From positions 24,242,001 through 24,306,000 of the forward strand of contig NC_086108.1 of the NCBI RefSeq assembly GCF_963921235.1: DNA of 64,000 nt, read 5' to 3'. The notes beneath the pieces are model-generated. The model saw only the letters and a list, made by a program, of their open reading frames with translations, had not been told where the DNA came from and did no database searches. The position numbers were made by a program, and so were the translations under genes. The DNA comes from Mobula hypostoma. Its lineage: Eukaryota. Shown in pieces: positions 1 through 11,720 of the stretch. Numbering within the stretch: the stretch's first letter is position 1; every line of letters starts with the position of its first letter.

Positions 1-202
1 ACTGGAAGAAGCACAGTCCACGTTTCAGGCCGAGACCCTTTCTCAGGACTAACTGAAAGAAGAGATAGTAAGAGATTTGAAAGTGGGACGGGGAGGGGGA
101 GATCCAAAATGATAGGAGAAGACAGGAGGGGAGGGACAAAGCTAAGAGCATTGACTTCTCTAACTTCCGTTAATGCTCCTCCTCCCCTTCTTACCCCATC
201 CC

Positions 203-220
203 TTATTTATTTATAGATAT

Positions 221-295
<75 letters not shown>

Positions 296-298
296 TTT
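203..298. repeat. (ATTT)n microsatellite inside PLE 3' UTR
   Basis: Direct tandem attt units with one interruption. Confidence 0.95.
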
Positions 299-554
299 TC
301 CCCCTTTCTCTCTCTCTCTCTGACCCTCTCACAATAACTTCTAGCCTGCTCTCCATCTTCCTCTGGTTCTCCCCTCCCCCTTTCTTTCTCCTTAGGCCTC
401 CCATCCCATGATCCTCTCCCTTCTCCAGCCTTATATCCCTTTTGCCAATCCACTTTCCAGCTCTTAGTTTTATCCCTCCCCCTCCTGTCTTCTCCTATCA
501 TTTCGGATCTCCCCCTCCTCCCCCCACTTTCAAATCTCTAACTTACTCTTTTTT

Positions 555-596
555 CAGTTAGCCCTGACGAAGGGTTTCGGCCCGAAATGTCGACTG
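555..596 (+). ncRNA. Minimal type I hammerhead ribozyme motif (PLE-associated)
   Basis: cagttagcc CTGACGA a ggg tttcgg ccc GAAA tgtc gactg: core CUGANGA, stem II, GAAA, GUC cleavage triplet. Confidence 0.7.
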
Positions 597-1244
597 TGCT
601 TCTTCCTATGGATTCTGTCTGGCCTGCTGTGTTCCACCAGCATTTTGTGTGTGTTGTTTGAATTTCCAGCATCTGCAGATTTCTTCGAGTTTGCGTCTTC
701 CCTCAGTCCATTAGGTTTCTGAACTCCCTGCCACATTGCAGTTGAAACATCACCTGATAGCTTGACCTGTACCCTACAATAATTATTTATGCACTTGGCT
801 TTGTTTATCTGTAGATTTAATTCATACTTTCCTAAGTTATAGTGTGTAATGTTTACTATTGTGCTTTACACCCTCGTCCGGAAAAACGTTAACTATATGA
901 CAACTATATTGTCATATAGTTAAATGACAATAAACATGACTTGAGATTTAGAGAGAGTGATTTCGTTCCTACACTCCATTAGTGCTGAGATTTAGTTTTT
1001 ATTCATGAGAAAAAGTGATTTGTCCCGAAAAGAAGCTCAGTTTAGTTTGCTCTTATTAGAAATGCATAAATACAAAAAGGCAGAGTTAATCATAATCCAT
1101 GTTGATTTCAAACAGATCACAGAAACTAAAAGGATAGCCCGCAAGCACTGTTAGCTTATTATTGTTCAAGATACATCCTGACAGGAGGCCATTCAGTCCT
1201 TTTAGAACTCCACTATTGATTTTTGTTGCATTTCATTCCCAGCT

Positions 1245-1505
1245 AGTGGCGCAGTAAGATTAGTGCCGGGCTCGAGAACGGAGGTTCCCGAGTTTGATCC
1301 AGTGACAGACCGCCCCCATGCGCGCTCTCCATCCGCGCTGGGTGGATGTCGAGCTCACAACTCAGCCTCGTAAAATAATACAGTGAAATGTCTGTGTGAG
1401 GAGTGGCGCCCCACACAGCCTTTTGAATTGTGCCTTGTAAGGCATGAAAATGCCCGATGCTGGCCTTTCAGGTCTGAGCCAACGTCATCATCATCATCGT
1501 CATCA
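1245..1505 (+). mobile_element. tRNA-derived SINE with (TCA)n tail
   Basis: A-box-like tggcgcagtaag, B-box-like gagtttgatcc, (tca)n tail; flanking duplication tcattcccagct at 1233-1244 and 1506-1517. Confidence 0.75.
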
Positions 1506-2234
1506 TCATTCCCAGCTTCGAATCTCCAACATTTTACTTCCTTAATGTACTGAAATTCATCACTGATATAAATGTTATCATTTGAATTTTTCAATTAATC
1601 CACAGCTTCAGCAGTTGTTCGCCTCGTGAGCCTTAGATTGCTACTAACTGCGATGTGTAGACTTGCAATGTGAATAAACTTTACTATCATGTCCCCATGT
1701 TCTGTACTGCTTCAGAAGTAGGGAATAGTTCCTATCTATCTGCTCTATGAAATCACTCAGTAGCCTAAGGGATCTCAACGGGATCACTGCTTCTCTTTGT
1801 ACTCAGGGAAAAGCTGGTTTTGTTTTTAGAGATACTTCAGCCCAGTCAGCCTCACTGCCCAGCAAATCACCCATTTAACACCAGCCTAATGACAGGACAA
1901 TTTATAATGACCAACTTCAGAACATCCTGAGTTGTAATAGCGTTGCATCAACCACTAACTTGCTCCTTCCTAATAAACCTAATCTGTACCAAATGTAAGT
2001 GGCTAGGTTCTCTAGGGATAACGATTGCACTGCTGGCAAGTAACGTAATTTCAGATCAGTTTGAACTCATCCGTGTTAATTTATATGATAATGTTATAGG
2101 AGATGGCATTCAATTAACCAAATCTAAGGTATTTTACAGAACAATCTATATTACTTTTCCCCTAATGTAAGCAAAATGGAAGATCTAGCCATTGACTTGA
2201 TGTGGGATAGAAAACAAAACCAAGTACGAGTATG

Positions 2235-2915
2235 TATTAATAGTGCTGAGGTGGAAATGGTTGACAGCTTTAAGCTTCCAGGTGCAAAGATCATGAATAA
2301 CTTGTTGTGGTCCAAATACTGGATGCTATGATCAAGAAGGTATACAGTCCATAAAACGTACAGTTTCTACTTCCTCAGAAGGCTAAGGAAATACACTGCT
2401 TCTTGATGATCATCGTCCATTTTTAAATCATCACCAGAGAGAGCAATCTATACTTTGGTACAGCATCTGCTTGCCCAAGACTGCAAGAAATTGAAGAGAG
2501 TTGTGAACACAGCCTGATCTGTCGGGGAAACATTGACTCTATCTATCCTTTACACTGCCTTTGGAAAGTAGCCAGCGTAATCAAAGACTCCTCTCACCTT
2601 AGGCATTGTCTCTTCTCCTTCCTTCCGTCAAGCAGAAGATACAAAAGCCTAAAAGCAAATACCATCAGCTTAGGGTCAACTTTTATCCTAATATTTTGAC
2701 ACTCCAACAGAACTGTTTTATGATGAAGATGAATTTTATCTCTCAACCTACCTTGTTATTGCCCTTGAACCTTATTTGCCTACCTGCACTGCACTTCCCT
2801 GTAATTCTAACACAGTATTTTGAATTCTACACTACTCGATGCACTTACATTTAGAGTAATCTGCCTGGATAGCAAGCAAAGTATTTCACTGCATCTCCAT
2901 GTATGACAATAAAAA
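2235..2915 (+). mobile_element. Degenerate Rex1/Babar LINE 3' fragment
   Basis: Degenerate EMVDSFK.G and FLRRLRK segments, then IIKDSSH..H, matching the better-preserved copies at 8100-8570 and 44920-45400. Confidence 0.6.
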
Positions 2916-3199
2916 AACAATTCCAATTCTTCAGTTAATTTTCCAAGTAACCTATCTTCCCTGTGTTCCCATCATCTATCCTCAGATTCTGCCAGACCCT
3001 GCATGGTAGTTGTCATTTAACCAAGTGACCTGCACATTCTTTAGTACATGGTACCTGGAAATAAATGGGAACACCCAGAGGAACTTAAAAACTTCACACA
3101 ATCAGAACCAAAGTTCACTGAACCTGCACTGCTGGAGTGATAATGCAGTGGCTCTATCGCACATCAGGGTGCCGCACTAAACTAGCCAATATCAATGTT

Positions 3200-3610
3200 T
3201 GACAGGATGCAGTGCTGGACGAGAATTGGCAGATGGAACTCAATCTGGAAAAGTCTGAAGTGATACACTTTCAAAGGTCAATCTTGAAGGTGGAGTACAA
3301 GGTTAATGGCAGGATTCTCAGCAGTTTGGAGGAATAGGGCAAACTTGGGGTTCCAAGTGGCTTGATAGACATGTATAAGATATTAAGAGGCATAGAGTGG
3401 AAAGCCAGTGTCTTTTTCCCAAAATGACAATGGCTAATAGAAGGGGACATATTTGAAATTTATTGTAGAAAAGTATAGGGGGTATATCAGAGGTAGTTGT
3501 TTTTTCACGCAGAGTAGTAGTAGGTATATATAACACACTGTCAGGGGTGGCGGTAAAAGCAGATACATTAGGGACATTAAAGAGACTCTTTTTTAGGCAT
3601 ATGAATGAGA
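3200..3610 (+). mobile_element. Degenerate CR1 LINE 3' fragment
   Basis: W..NWQMELNLEKSEVIHF-like segment and a 3' part similar to 26180-26420. Confidence 0.6.
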
Positions 3611-3867
3611 TTATATCATAGGCTGAAGTACAACAGTGTACTTCACAAGTACACTGGTGTACAGTTCCATGCAGTTTTCCTCTGGGTTGGACACTAAAGC
3701 TGGTGAATAATGTTAGTTATTTTTTCAGATTCCCAGAATGAAACAACAGACCTTCTTTCAGGATTTGGTAAAGAAGGGATTTATTGCTCATCTAATGTAA
3801 GAGGACATGTACTTATGGTTCAAAAGGAGTTTTGTGGGGTAGTTTTTTTAAACAGAAAGAGTAGGTC

Positions 3868-4420
3868 AATCACAAATAAGAGGAAATCTGCAGATGCTGG
3901 AAATCCAAGCAACACACACAAAATGCTGGAGGAACTCATTATGCCAGGCAACATCTATGGGAAAGGGTACAATCGATGTTTCGGGCCGAAACCCTTCATC
4001 GGAAATGGAGAAGGAACAATGAGGAGTCAGAGTAAGAAGGTGGGGGCAGGGAAAGAAGAAACACAAGGTGATAGGTGAAACCGGGAGGGGGCTAGGGAAA
4101 AGTAAAGGGCTGGGAAGTTGATTGGTGAAAGAGATGCAGGCCTAGAGAAAGGAGAAGCTGATAGGAGAGGACAGAAGGCCATGGAAGAAAGAAAAGGTGG
4201 AGGAGCAGCAGAGGGAGGCGATGGGCAGGTAAGGAGAGAGGGAAATGGGAATGGAGAATGGTGATGGGTGGGGGGCACTGATATACAGGAAGCCACACTG
4301 GGAGCACCAACTACAGTAAATAACCACAACAGACTCACAAGAGAAATATCACATCACTGGGAAGGGCTGTTTGGGCCCTGAGTGGTAGTGAGTGAGGAGG
4401 TGTAAGGGCCGGTGTAGCAC
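3868..4420 (-). mobile_element. Penelope-like element 3' fragment with degenerate hammerhead
   Basis: Same tail and pLTR as other copies (aaatctgcagatgctggaaatccaagcaacacacacaaaatgctggaggaactca); hammerhead core mutated to CCGATGA. Confidence 0.75.
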
Positions 4421-5000
4421 CAGGGGATAGCTGACTGATCCCCTGGTTATCGGTTGTTGGGAGCATTGATACCTCGTGTGCCAGTTGCTCCCAATTGGCC
4501 CTGATCCCTCAGATGCATAGGTGTGCAAATTGCATCCAGTTCAATATACTTGTTGATAGCGTCTTCCATTGGGAAACATGCTTCTAAGAAGTCTCTTGAT
4601 TTCTTTTTTGTGCTTCTTCTAGGAATTTTGTAGCTTCCCAGTTGAATTTGTGTACTTCTTGATAGTCATGTACTGATAAGAGTGACAGAGGATCTTCTTA
4701 TGGCTGGCTGATGTTCATCTATTCTCAGGGATAGTTTTCTCCCCATCTGTCTATGTTTGGGGCAGTCTCCACACTCAGCTATCTGATTGCCAGGACCCAT
4801 GGAGCCTGGCGGCCAGCACAACAGCCGTCCAATCAGAACCACAAGTTGGACCAATATAAACACAAGCACTCGACCGAAACAACACTCAATTGTGTGCTGA
4901 TGATGCAATCCCAATTGGTGATGAAATGCTTACGACCTAACCTCCAGACAGGATGAATAACCTTACAGACAAGCAGACAACCCAAGCTACCAAGCTTTTC
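4420..5000. mobile_element. Older, different PLE family: GIY-YIG fragment (minus, ~4480-4790) plus inverted pLTR-like piece (plus, ~4800-5000)
   Basis: Minus-strand C..CPKH.QMGRKLSLRIDEHQPAIRR resembles CxxC...YIGQTGRxLxxRxxEH; plus-strand ctgatga...gaaa at 4897-4926. Confidence 0.6.
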
Positions 5001-7491
5001 TTTCTCTTCAAACAGCCAGCATCATTAAACCTCACAAACTGCAACAATCTTAGTTGTTGTCTGGGACAATGGTTATGCCAGTCCAACTGGATCATCACTT
5101 TTGGATTAGGAAATGTAATAAATCAGAAATCAGATTGGATTCATTTTCCTGAGAACCATTTGGTGATCCAGCCATCCTATGCAAATGAACACCTCAGATG
5201 AAGTTTGCTTCAAAGATCTTCACAACTGGCTGAGCTCCTAATCATTTAGACCTGGACCAGCCCATTGAACAATGTTTTATGTTTGGGTGTCAGTTATTCC
5301 CTGTCAATCTGTACTCTCCTATGACTATGAACACACGGACACAGTAGGAGAAAAGTAGGAAAGGAAAAATATTAAGAACAAACACTGCACCAAGTTGAGT
5401 CTTATTTCTCTGAACTTCATGCCAGAACTCTTTCTTCCCCCTGAGCAACTATCCCTTAAATAATATTTGCTGCTAACTAAATGCATCCAGTGAATCAGCA
5501 ACAAGCTTTCAATTATTCATTTGGAACTGGTGGACCTATATTTCATTAAGTTTTCTCTACATTTTTAATAAAAGTGATGGAAGGAGGAAGAAGTTTGCTT
5601 TCTATAGTGTTCCAGCACACTGGAGAAGTTGATAGGAAAATCAAATAGAAGCTGAAAATGCTGTGCAAAGATATCAGTAAATCTTCAGCAAGCTGCACGG
5701 TTTATTTCAATGTGGCTGCCAACTTTGATGGGTATAAGGTACAGCCAGAGAGACTTGCCCTTCATCTGTATCTTTTTCCTACAACCATTTGTTATAGGTT
5801 CATCCAGAAATTTCAATTGCCTCCATCATGCTTTGATCGTAAACTTTGATTTAAGAAGACCAATAACAATTCCACCCAAGTGACTTCTGCACCATGCCTC
5901 AGAATGTGTTACACAATACATCACTGAGTGAGGAGCTGTCACTTTAACAAGGAATAGATCCTAGGGATTGGAGCTAACTTTAGCTATACAACTCCCTTAC
6001 AGACATGACAGGAATAGATTTCCAGATAGCAAAAGAAATGGTTGCCATTGCTATGGTATTAGGAGATTGATTGTCAACTGGATTGATAAGGGACCAAATG
6101 AAAAAATGCTTTGAGGAGGCAAGGGCATGACTACAGTACATCATATAGTGTTGCCCAATGAAGTGGACTTCCCAAGACCACTGTAAATGAAAGGGCTGTC
6201 AGGATATCATATGGGCTAAGATAACAGGAAAGAGCACTGTAGGTATAGAAAGGCTGCTGTACTTAACGAGGATGTCACCTTGAGTAGGTGGGATGGATCT
6301 GAGAGAAGAATAAAAATTGAAAAGGTGCTGGTTTCCATTTGCAAGAAATGCAACTGAATATATTATTAACCAGCAATTTCTGTGGATAATCATGGTAAAC
6401 TATCACCACAAACAATGAAGAGGCAAGCAAAAATGAGGCTGACGAGGGCCGAGATGTGTGGGTGCGATGCAAAATGGGAGTGAGGTCAAGGCACTTTCAT
6501 GGAGAAGTGGTTTGACTGAGGTCAACACATGTTTGAGATGGAGCTAACGCGAGCAGAACAGAGGAGTTTCGGAACCCATTCATCCAAACTGAGAGCGAGG
6601 TTGGATCAATCTACGTGCCGAGCCGATTAGGAAAGGCCTGGTACAGGTTGAACATGGCAGCAGGCACGGGCCCAGAGCATATCTTTACATGTCAGAGTTA
6701 ACTAAGATTCAAGGTTCAAAGTACATTTATTATCACAACAGGTAGAAATTGCACTTTGAAATTTGACTACTTATAGGCAGTCACAAAAAAAAAGAAACCC
6801 AAAGAGCCCAATTAAATTAAGACCAACACCCAATGTACAGAGAGAGAAAAAAAGACAAATCATCAGTGTTGGGGTACCTTTCAGAAATTGTAATGCTCGG
6901 CAAGACTAAGTTAAAATAAAGAAAGCTGATGTAGAAATGTTAAAACCAAGACTCATCTGACAAAGCTGAATTTTTTTCGATAAAATGCAGGAAGACAGTG
7001 CAATTGATGTTGTGCACATGGATGCTCACCGAAATTTTAATTAATGAACACGTCATTGCTTTGTTACTACAAAGGAAGTTCATGGAAGCAAAGTCTGGTT
7101 ACAAAGTTGGATATAGCTGTTCTAATATACTATATGACCAGTGATGAAAGGACAACATTTTGAGGTTTTTAAAAGAAACAAAATTGCCAAATATTGCAAA
7201 TAGTAAGGAAAAGAGCAAGATCGTTCAATGTAACATAGAAAAGTGTTGTGGAATTAGTGATAAGATTCTGACGTGCTACATTTTGGAAGGCAAAATGTGG
7301 AAAGAAAGTACGTGAGAGATGGTAGAGATTTTTCCAAAGGGATAGATGCAAGGTAACAGACACGTGGGGGTGCTTCAACATAATTATCCTCAAATATGTT
7401 CGAACGAGCCCCCACACAATGCTGTACATACACGCAACCGTAGACTAAACACAGCTCCAATGTAATCTTCAAATTCACCGATAACACTACT

Positions 7492-7914
7492 CAGTCAGTC
7501 AGTCAGTCAGTCGGTGCTATCTTGAATCCTGGGTTGGTGGCTATGCACCTCCAACTTCTTTGATCTCGTGACAGCACCGAGTACAGCCTGTCCTCCAGTT
7601 TGTTCTCGTTGGCCGCCTTGGCACCGCTCACTGCTGCCCCCGTCGAACTGCAGCCTGAGGCCGTATCGGCCTCCAGCCGCGGCCGCTTCTTCGAGCTCGG
7701 ACCTTCCTTAGGCGGAGGCCTTGGGCATGTCCAGGCACACGGTACAGCGCCCAAGTTCATCATGTCTATTCTAACTAAGTGCATAGCATACGATTCGTAG
7801 ATATGTGGTGAGGCTTTAATCTCTTCCACAGAAGATGGCCGTTGGCTCACAAGGATCTCATCCGCCCTTTGTCAGGTCTAGTTTTTTTAGTCCTGCTGGG
7901 TGTCCTCACACCCT
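7492..7914 (-). mobile_element. Short RTE-tailed retroposon (5'-truncated SINE or non-autonomous RTE) with (CTGA)n tail
   Basis: 12-bp TSD gataacactact at 7480-7491 and 7915-7926; (tcag)n at 7491-7511; removing the internal insert gives MMNLARDQRSWRCIATNP, resembling RTE C-termini. Confidence 0.75.
7571..7748 (-). pseudogene. ZFTRAF1: Circularly permuted 178-bp fragment of ZFTRAF1/CYHR1 N-terminal coding sequence
   Basis: 7712->7571 reads PKEGPSSKKRPRLE...[10 protein letters not shown] plus one T; 7748->7713 reads GC plus [11 protein letters not shown]. Joined, this gives [22 protein letters not shown], matching vertebrate CYHR1 [22 protein letters not shown] as I recall it. Confidence 0.85.
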
Positions 7915-10900
7915 GATAACACTACTATTGTTGGTTAAATCATAGGTGGCGATAAGTCAGATTTCCAGAATGAGTTCGATCTCTTGGTTGAATGATGCTG
8001 CAAGTGCAACCACTTATTCAATGTAAACAAATTTAGAGAGCAATTGTTGACTTCAGGATAGAAGTGGACGGTGAATATGCTTCAGTTTCATTTGGGGAAC
8101 TAGTGGTTGAGAGAATCAGCAGCTTTAAATTCCTGGATGTTAACATATTATATGATCTATCCTGAGCCCAGCACATAGATGCAATCATAAGAAAAGTAAA
8201 CTAGCATCTGTACTTCCTTAGGAGGTTTAGCTCTTCATTGAATACTCCAACAAACATCTACAGAGGCACTGTTGAAAGTATCCTTACTGGTTGCATCATG
8301 GTCCGGCCTGGCAATATGAATACAGTGGAAGATAAGAAACTGCAAAGAGTAGTGGACTATGGCCAAAACATCATGGGCACTTCCTACCCTACCACTGGTA
8401 GTATCTACAGAAGGCACTGTCTTAAGGAGGCAACATCTATCATCAAAGATCCCCATCATATGGGCCATACCATCTTTTCGCAGCTACCATCAGGCAGGAG
8501 GTACAGATCCTTAAGTCCCTCACTACCACTTTCAAGAACAGCTACTTCCCTTCAACCATTTGGTACTTGAACCAACCAACAAAACTCTAAGCACCACAAT
8601 TTAGCACTATGACCACTTTGCAGCTAAAATTGACATTTTTTTTCTGTTCCAGGGGTAAATTGTTCTTGTAAAAGTTGTTTATAATATATTTCAAATTAGT
8701 TTTTCTTGTGAGTGCTGCTTAAATGATGCTATGTTCCTAAAATGTTGCCACAACTATTTCAGTACACTCGTGCATGCATGTACTTGGGCGTATGAAACAA
8801 TCCACTTTGACAGCTTAACAAAGTTGGACAATAGGAATCTGGACTTGTAGTATGAAAGTTACGTCAAACCAACATAAAATACGAGATCAGCCCAGTTGCG
8901 GAAGTCTGTCTACAATATTTAAAGAAGAAAATGAATGCATTGTAATAGATTGAAATTTACTGCTTCGAGGGAAGATGGATTTCAGCTCTGGAGATAGCTA
9001 AGAAAACTGTCTTTATTTCCTCAAAGTTATGAAGGTTTAGAATCTTGAAGGGAGTGTTTAAAATCATAGAGCTTTATGTAGAATAAAGCTGGGAAATTGT
9101 TTCTAATACATGCAGAATCGATAACCAGATAGAACAGATTTAAGATGATCGATAAATGAACTAGACGCAAAAGGATTAATCAGACAATGCGTCGTTAGTA
9201 TTTCATATCTTTCTATCTGAACAATTTTATTTACTGAATTTATGGAGTTCCAAACTTAGCCATTAAACAACATTAATTTTATTAATAATTTTTCATTGCT
9301 CATAAAGCAATAAATGGCACTTCAGCCACAACTTGACCTCTTCTGCTTTAATTCTGCTTTCTAATCGTAAAATGTGGTACTCTGCATGTCTTGCCTGAGT
9401 GAATTCAATTGAAGCTGAGGTTTTGATTAAGAATCTCTACTTTATCATTAAAAAAGATTTTGATAACCATATAATTCCAGCAATTTTTGTTTCAATTTTT
9501 TTGTAGTTAACAGCATGATTTACGTTTATAGAATTCAAGTTGCCAAGCGACTGTCAGTTTGATAACTACTGCTTGATACAAGCAATGAAGTGGTAAAATA
9601 AGTAATTCATGTAGAAAATGTCTTTTTATATATATAATTACTCTAATAGTATAATGGGATACATTAAGGAATTTAAGTACACTTAAACTGGCTAGACCAG
9701 CAATGTAGGTAATGAGCTCTTAAACTGACCTACTTAGGTGAACAATTAGCAGATTTACCTTTGCAAAGTAGGGTATTAGACATCCATTTTTTGCTATTCA
9801 AGTAGGCAAACTGTGAGAACCACAAGACCCAGACTCTGGATTTTAGAATTATTTCCTTGGGTATCCAGAATGCAAATACACAAAGGACTCAATCCGTTAC
9901 TTGTAAGAGTAATTTGGAAATTTCCATTTGTTACATGGGTAGCAAAAAGGTTTCTTCCATCAAGGCACCAGTCTACTCTCACCCTCTCCTGAGGAGACAG
10001 ACTTTTGCTGGCTCCACAGGAACTGTCAACCTTCTTGTAACTCATCCAGGTAATGAGCTGAGAGTGTAGTTGGAGGAACATAGAAACAGCATCAGGTCCA
10101 TTCTTTCACAGGTCCATTTTCCTTTCTACTAAATCAGGGTTGCTCTGTACTTCAACACCTTTGATCTAACGTTGAAGTCATATCTCTACTTACCTGACAA
10201 CATTTGATCAGTCCCAGTTGACTCAGTGGTTAAACACTTCTGTTGGAGAGAACTCTTGTTTTCCTTTATCTTTTTCATGGAAGGTAGCTATATTTTAAAC
10301 CAGATTGTTCTGCACTCCTCTTTCTGAAGGTAACACTTCCTCTCGGTCCACTAGATTAAATCACTTCATTACTTTAAGCCCTTCATGCACATATTCTGAA
10401 ACTCAAGGGCTTTAGCAATCTGATTTTGCAAGTGAGTCTCAGGCAGTTGAATTTATGTGGCTGCATAAATATATTCTACCTGAGCAGCAGTGACTGAAGT
10501 TTAAGATACTGTACTTAAGAATTGGATGATTCATTCCTGCTGAACATTCCCAGTTTTCTCCATTATTTCAGATTTGCTGTACTGGGCCTCATTAAGTCCA
10601 ACAATGATTTTATTTCCTTTCTTTGGCTCTCATCAATGCCCCTCTTACTGACTATCTGCTACACATATCAACTATCTCTAATGACCATCCACTCTTAGAA
10701 CATCATTTGCATCAGCTGCATTCTCTTGTCCTGCACCTTCTCACACATATCCTTTTCACTCCCTCTGCAACTGGAAACAAGTTTGTTCTCTTTTTTTTTA
10801 GCTCCGATAGAAAGCCATCAACCTAAAACATGAATTCTGCTTTTCCCTTCTCAGATGCTGCAAGACCTACTGAAAATTAAATATTTTCTCTAAGACCATT

Positions 10901-11584
10901 GTTCCACCCATTTGTACTCACTGTCAACTTCCTCCTATGCTTTGCAATTACATATCAAATTTCAGAACTGTAGCTGACATAGAAACTACTTTTCAGCAGG
11001 ATCAGGAATCCCTGGATAGTGATCAAAGAAAGAAACTCTGCATGATTCTTTCTTCCACAGATAGAACAACAAAGACCCAATGTAGTCAGGGAGTGGTTAG
11101 TTTGAACATAACAGATCTATATAGCTGTATTCTAAGCAATGGACTACTATGATTTTATAACACTATTCCACTCGCTGCATTGTCACATGAATTTTATGAA
11201 ACCTTATTAAAATTTAACAATTTTCATTGCAGTTAAAACATAGTTCATCCCTGTAGCCTTCCAGGTCTCTCTTTTTCTCTCACTTGAGGTGCTGGCATAC
11301 TTAAGTAACTGCAGCAACAGTGAAAGAGCATGAGAATGTGACCAGTTAGTTTGTGATGCTTCCGTTTGCTGGAAGTGATGGTCGTCAGAGGTGAACACAA
11401 CCAGCAGCAGTGTTAAATATGTGGTAGTCAATAAAAAGAGAAATCTTTAGAACAAAGGTATAATGGATAGTTTCTTTAAACATCTTCAGTAATATTGGGA
11501 AATAAAGTGGGAAGAAGCATGTAAGGAATTTCAACAAGAGGGACAGTGAGAAGATTCAGAAGTGTCACATCTTTTGTAAACAGA

Positions 11585-11720
11585 ATCAGAAAATGCTGGA
11601 AACACTCAGCAGGTCAGATAGCATCTACAGAGGAAGTAAAAATGCTAACGTTTCAGGGAGATAACTTTTCATTGGATGCTGCCAGAGCTGCTGATTATGT
11701 CTAGCATATTCTGTGTTTGT
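11585..11720. mobile_element. Degenerate mini-palindromic PLE remnant
   Basis: gaaaatgctggaaacactcagcagg...gatgctgccagagctgctga...ctagcatattc: inverted copies of the PLE terminus. Confidence 0.55.

Larger units (their letters stand above)
1..696. mobile_element. Penelope-like element 3' end with inverted arm (1-~150 minus, ~150-696 plus); left arm cut by window edge
   Basis: 1-150 is the reverse complement of ~460-610. The plus arm starts with the PLE ORF end (attgacttctctaacttccgttaa = IDFSNFR*, same as at 15156-15179) and ends in the tail ...ccagcatctgcagatttc. Confidence 0.85.
7420..8810 (+). mobile_element. Rex1/Babar LINE 3' fragment, interrupted at 7492-7914
   Basis: KHSSNVIFKFTDNTT|IVG across the insertion (KFADDTT motif); downstream YRGTVESILTGCI...KLQRVV...IIKDPHH.GH..FSQLPSGRRYRS. 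Confidence 0.8.

Noticed and set aside
7491..7511. (TCAG)n as an engineered all-frame stop cassette
   Set aside because: It sits exactly at a TSD-bounded element end, as expected for an RTE-type simple-repeat tail.
7571..7748. Functional ZFTRAF1 gene in this window
   Set aside because: Only 178 bp, order permuted, embedded in a retroposon, and no downstream exons (for example CTNGHLMCAGCF) seen.
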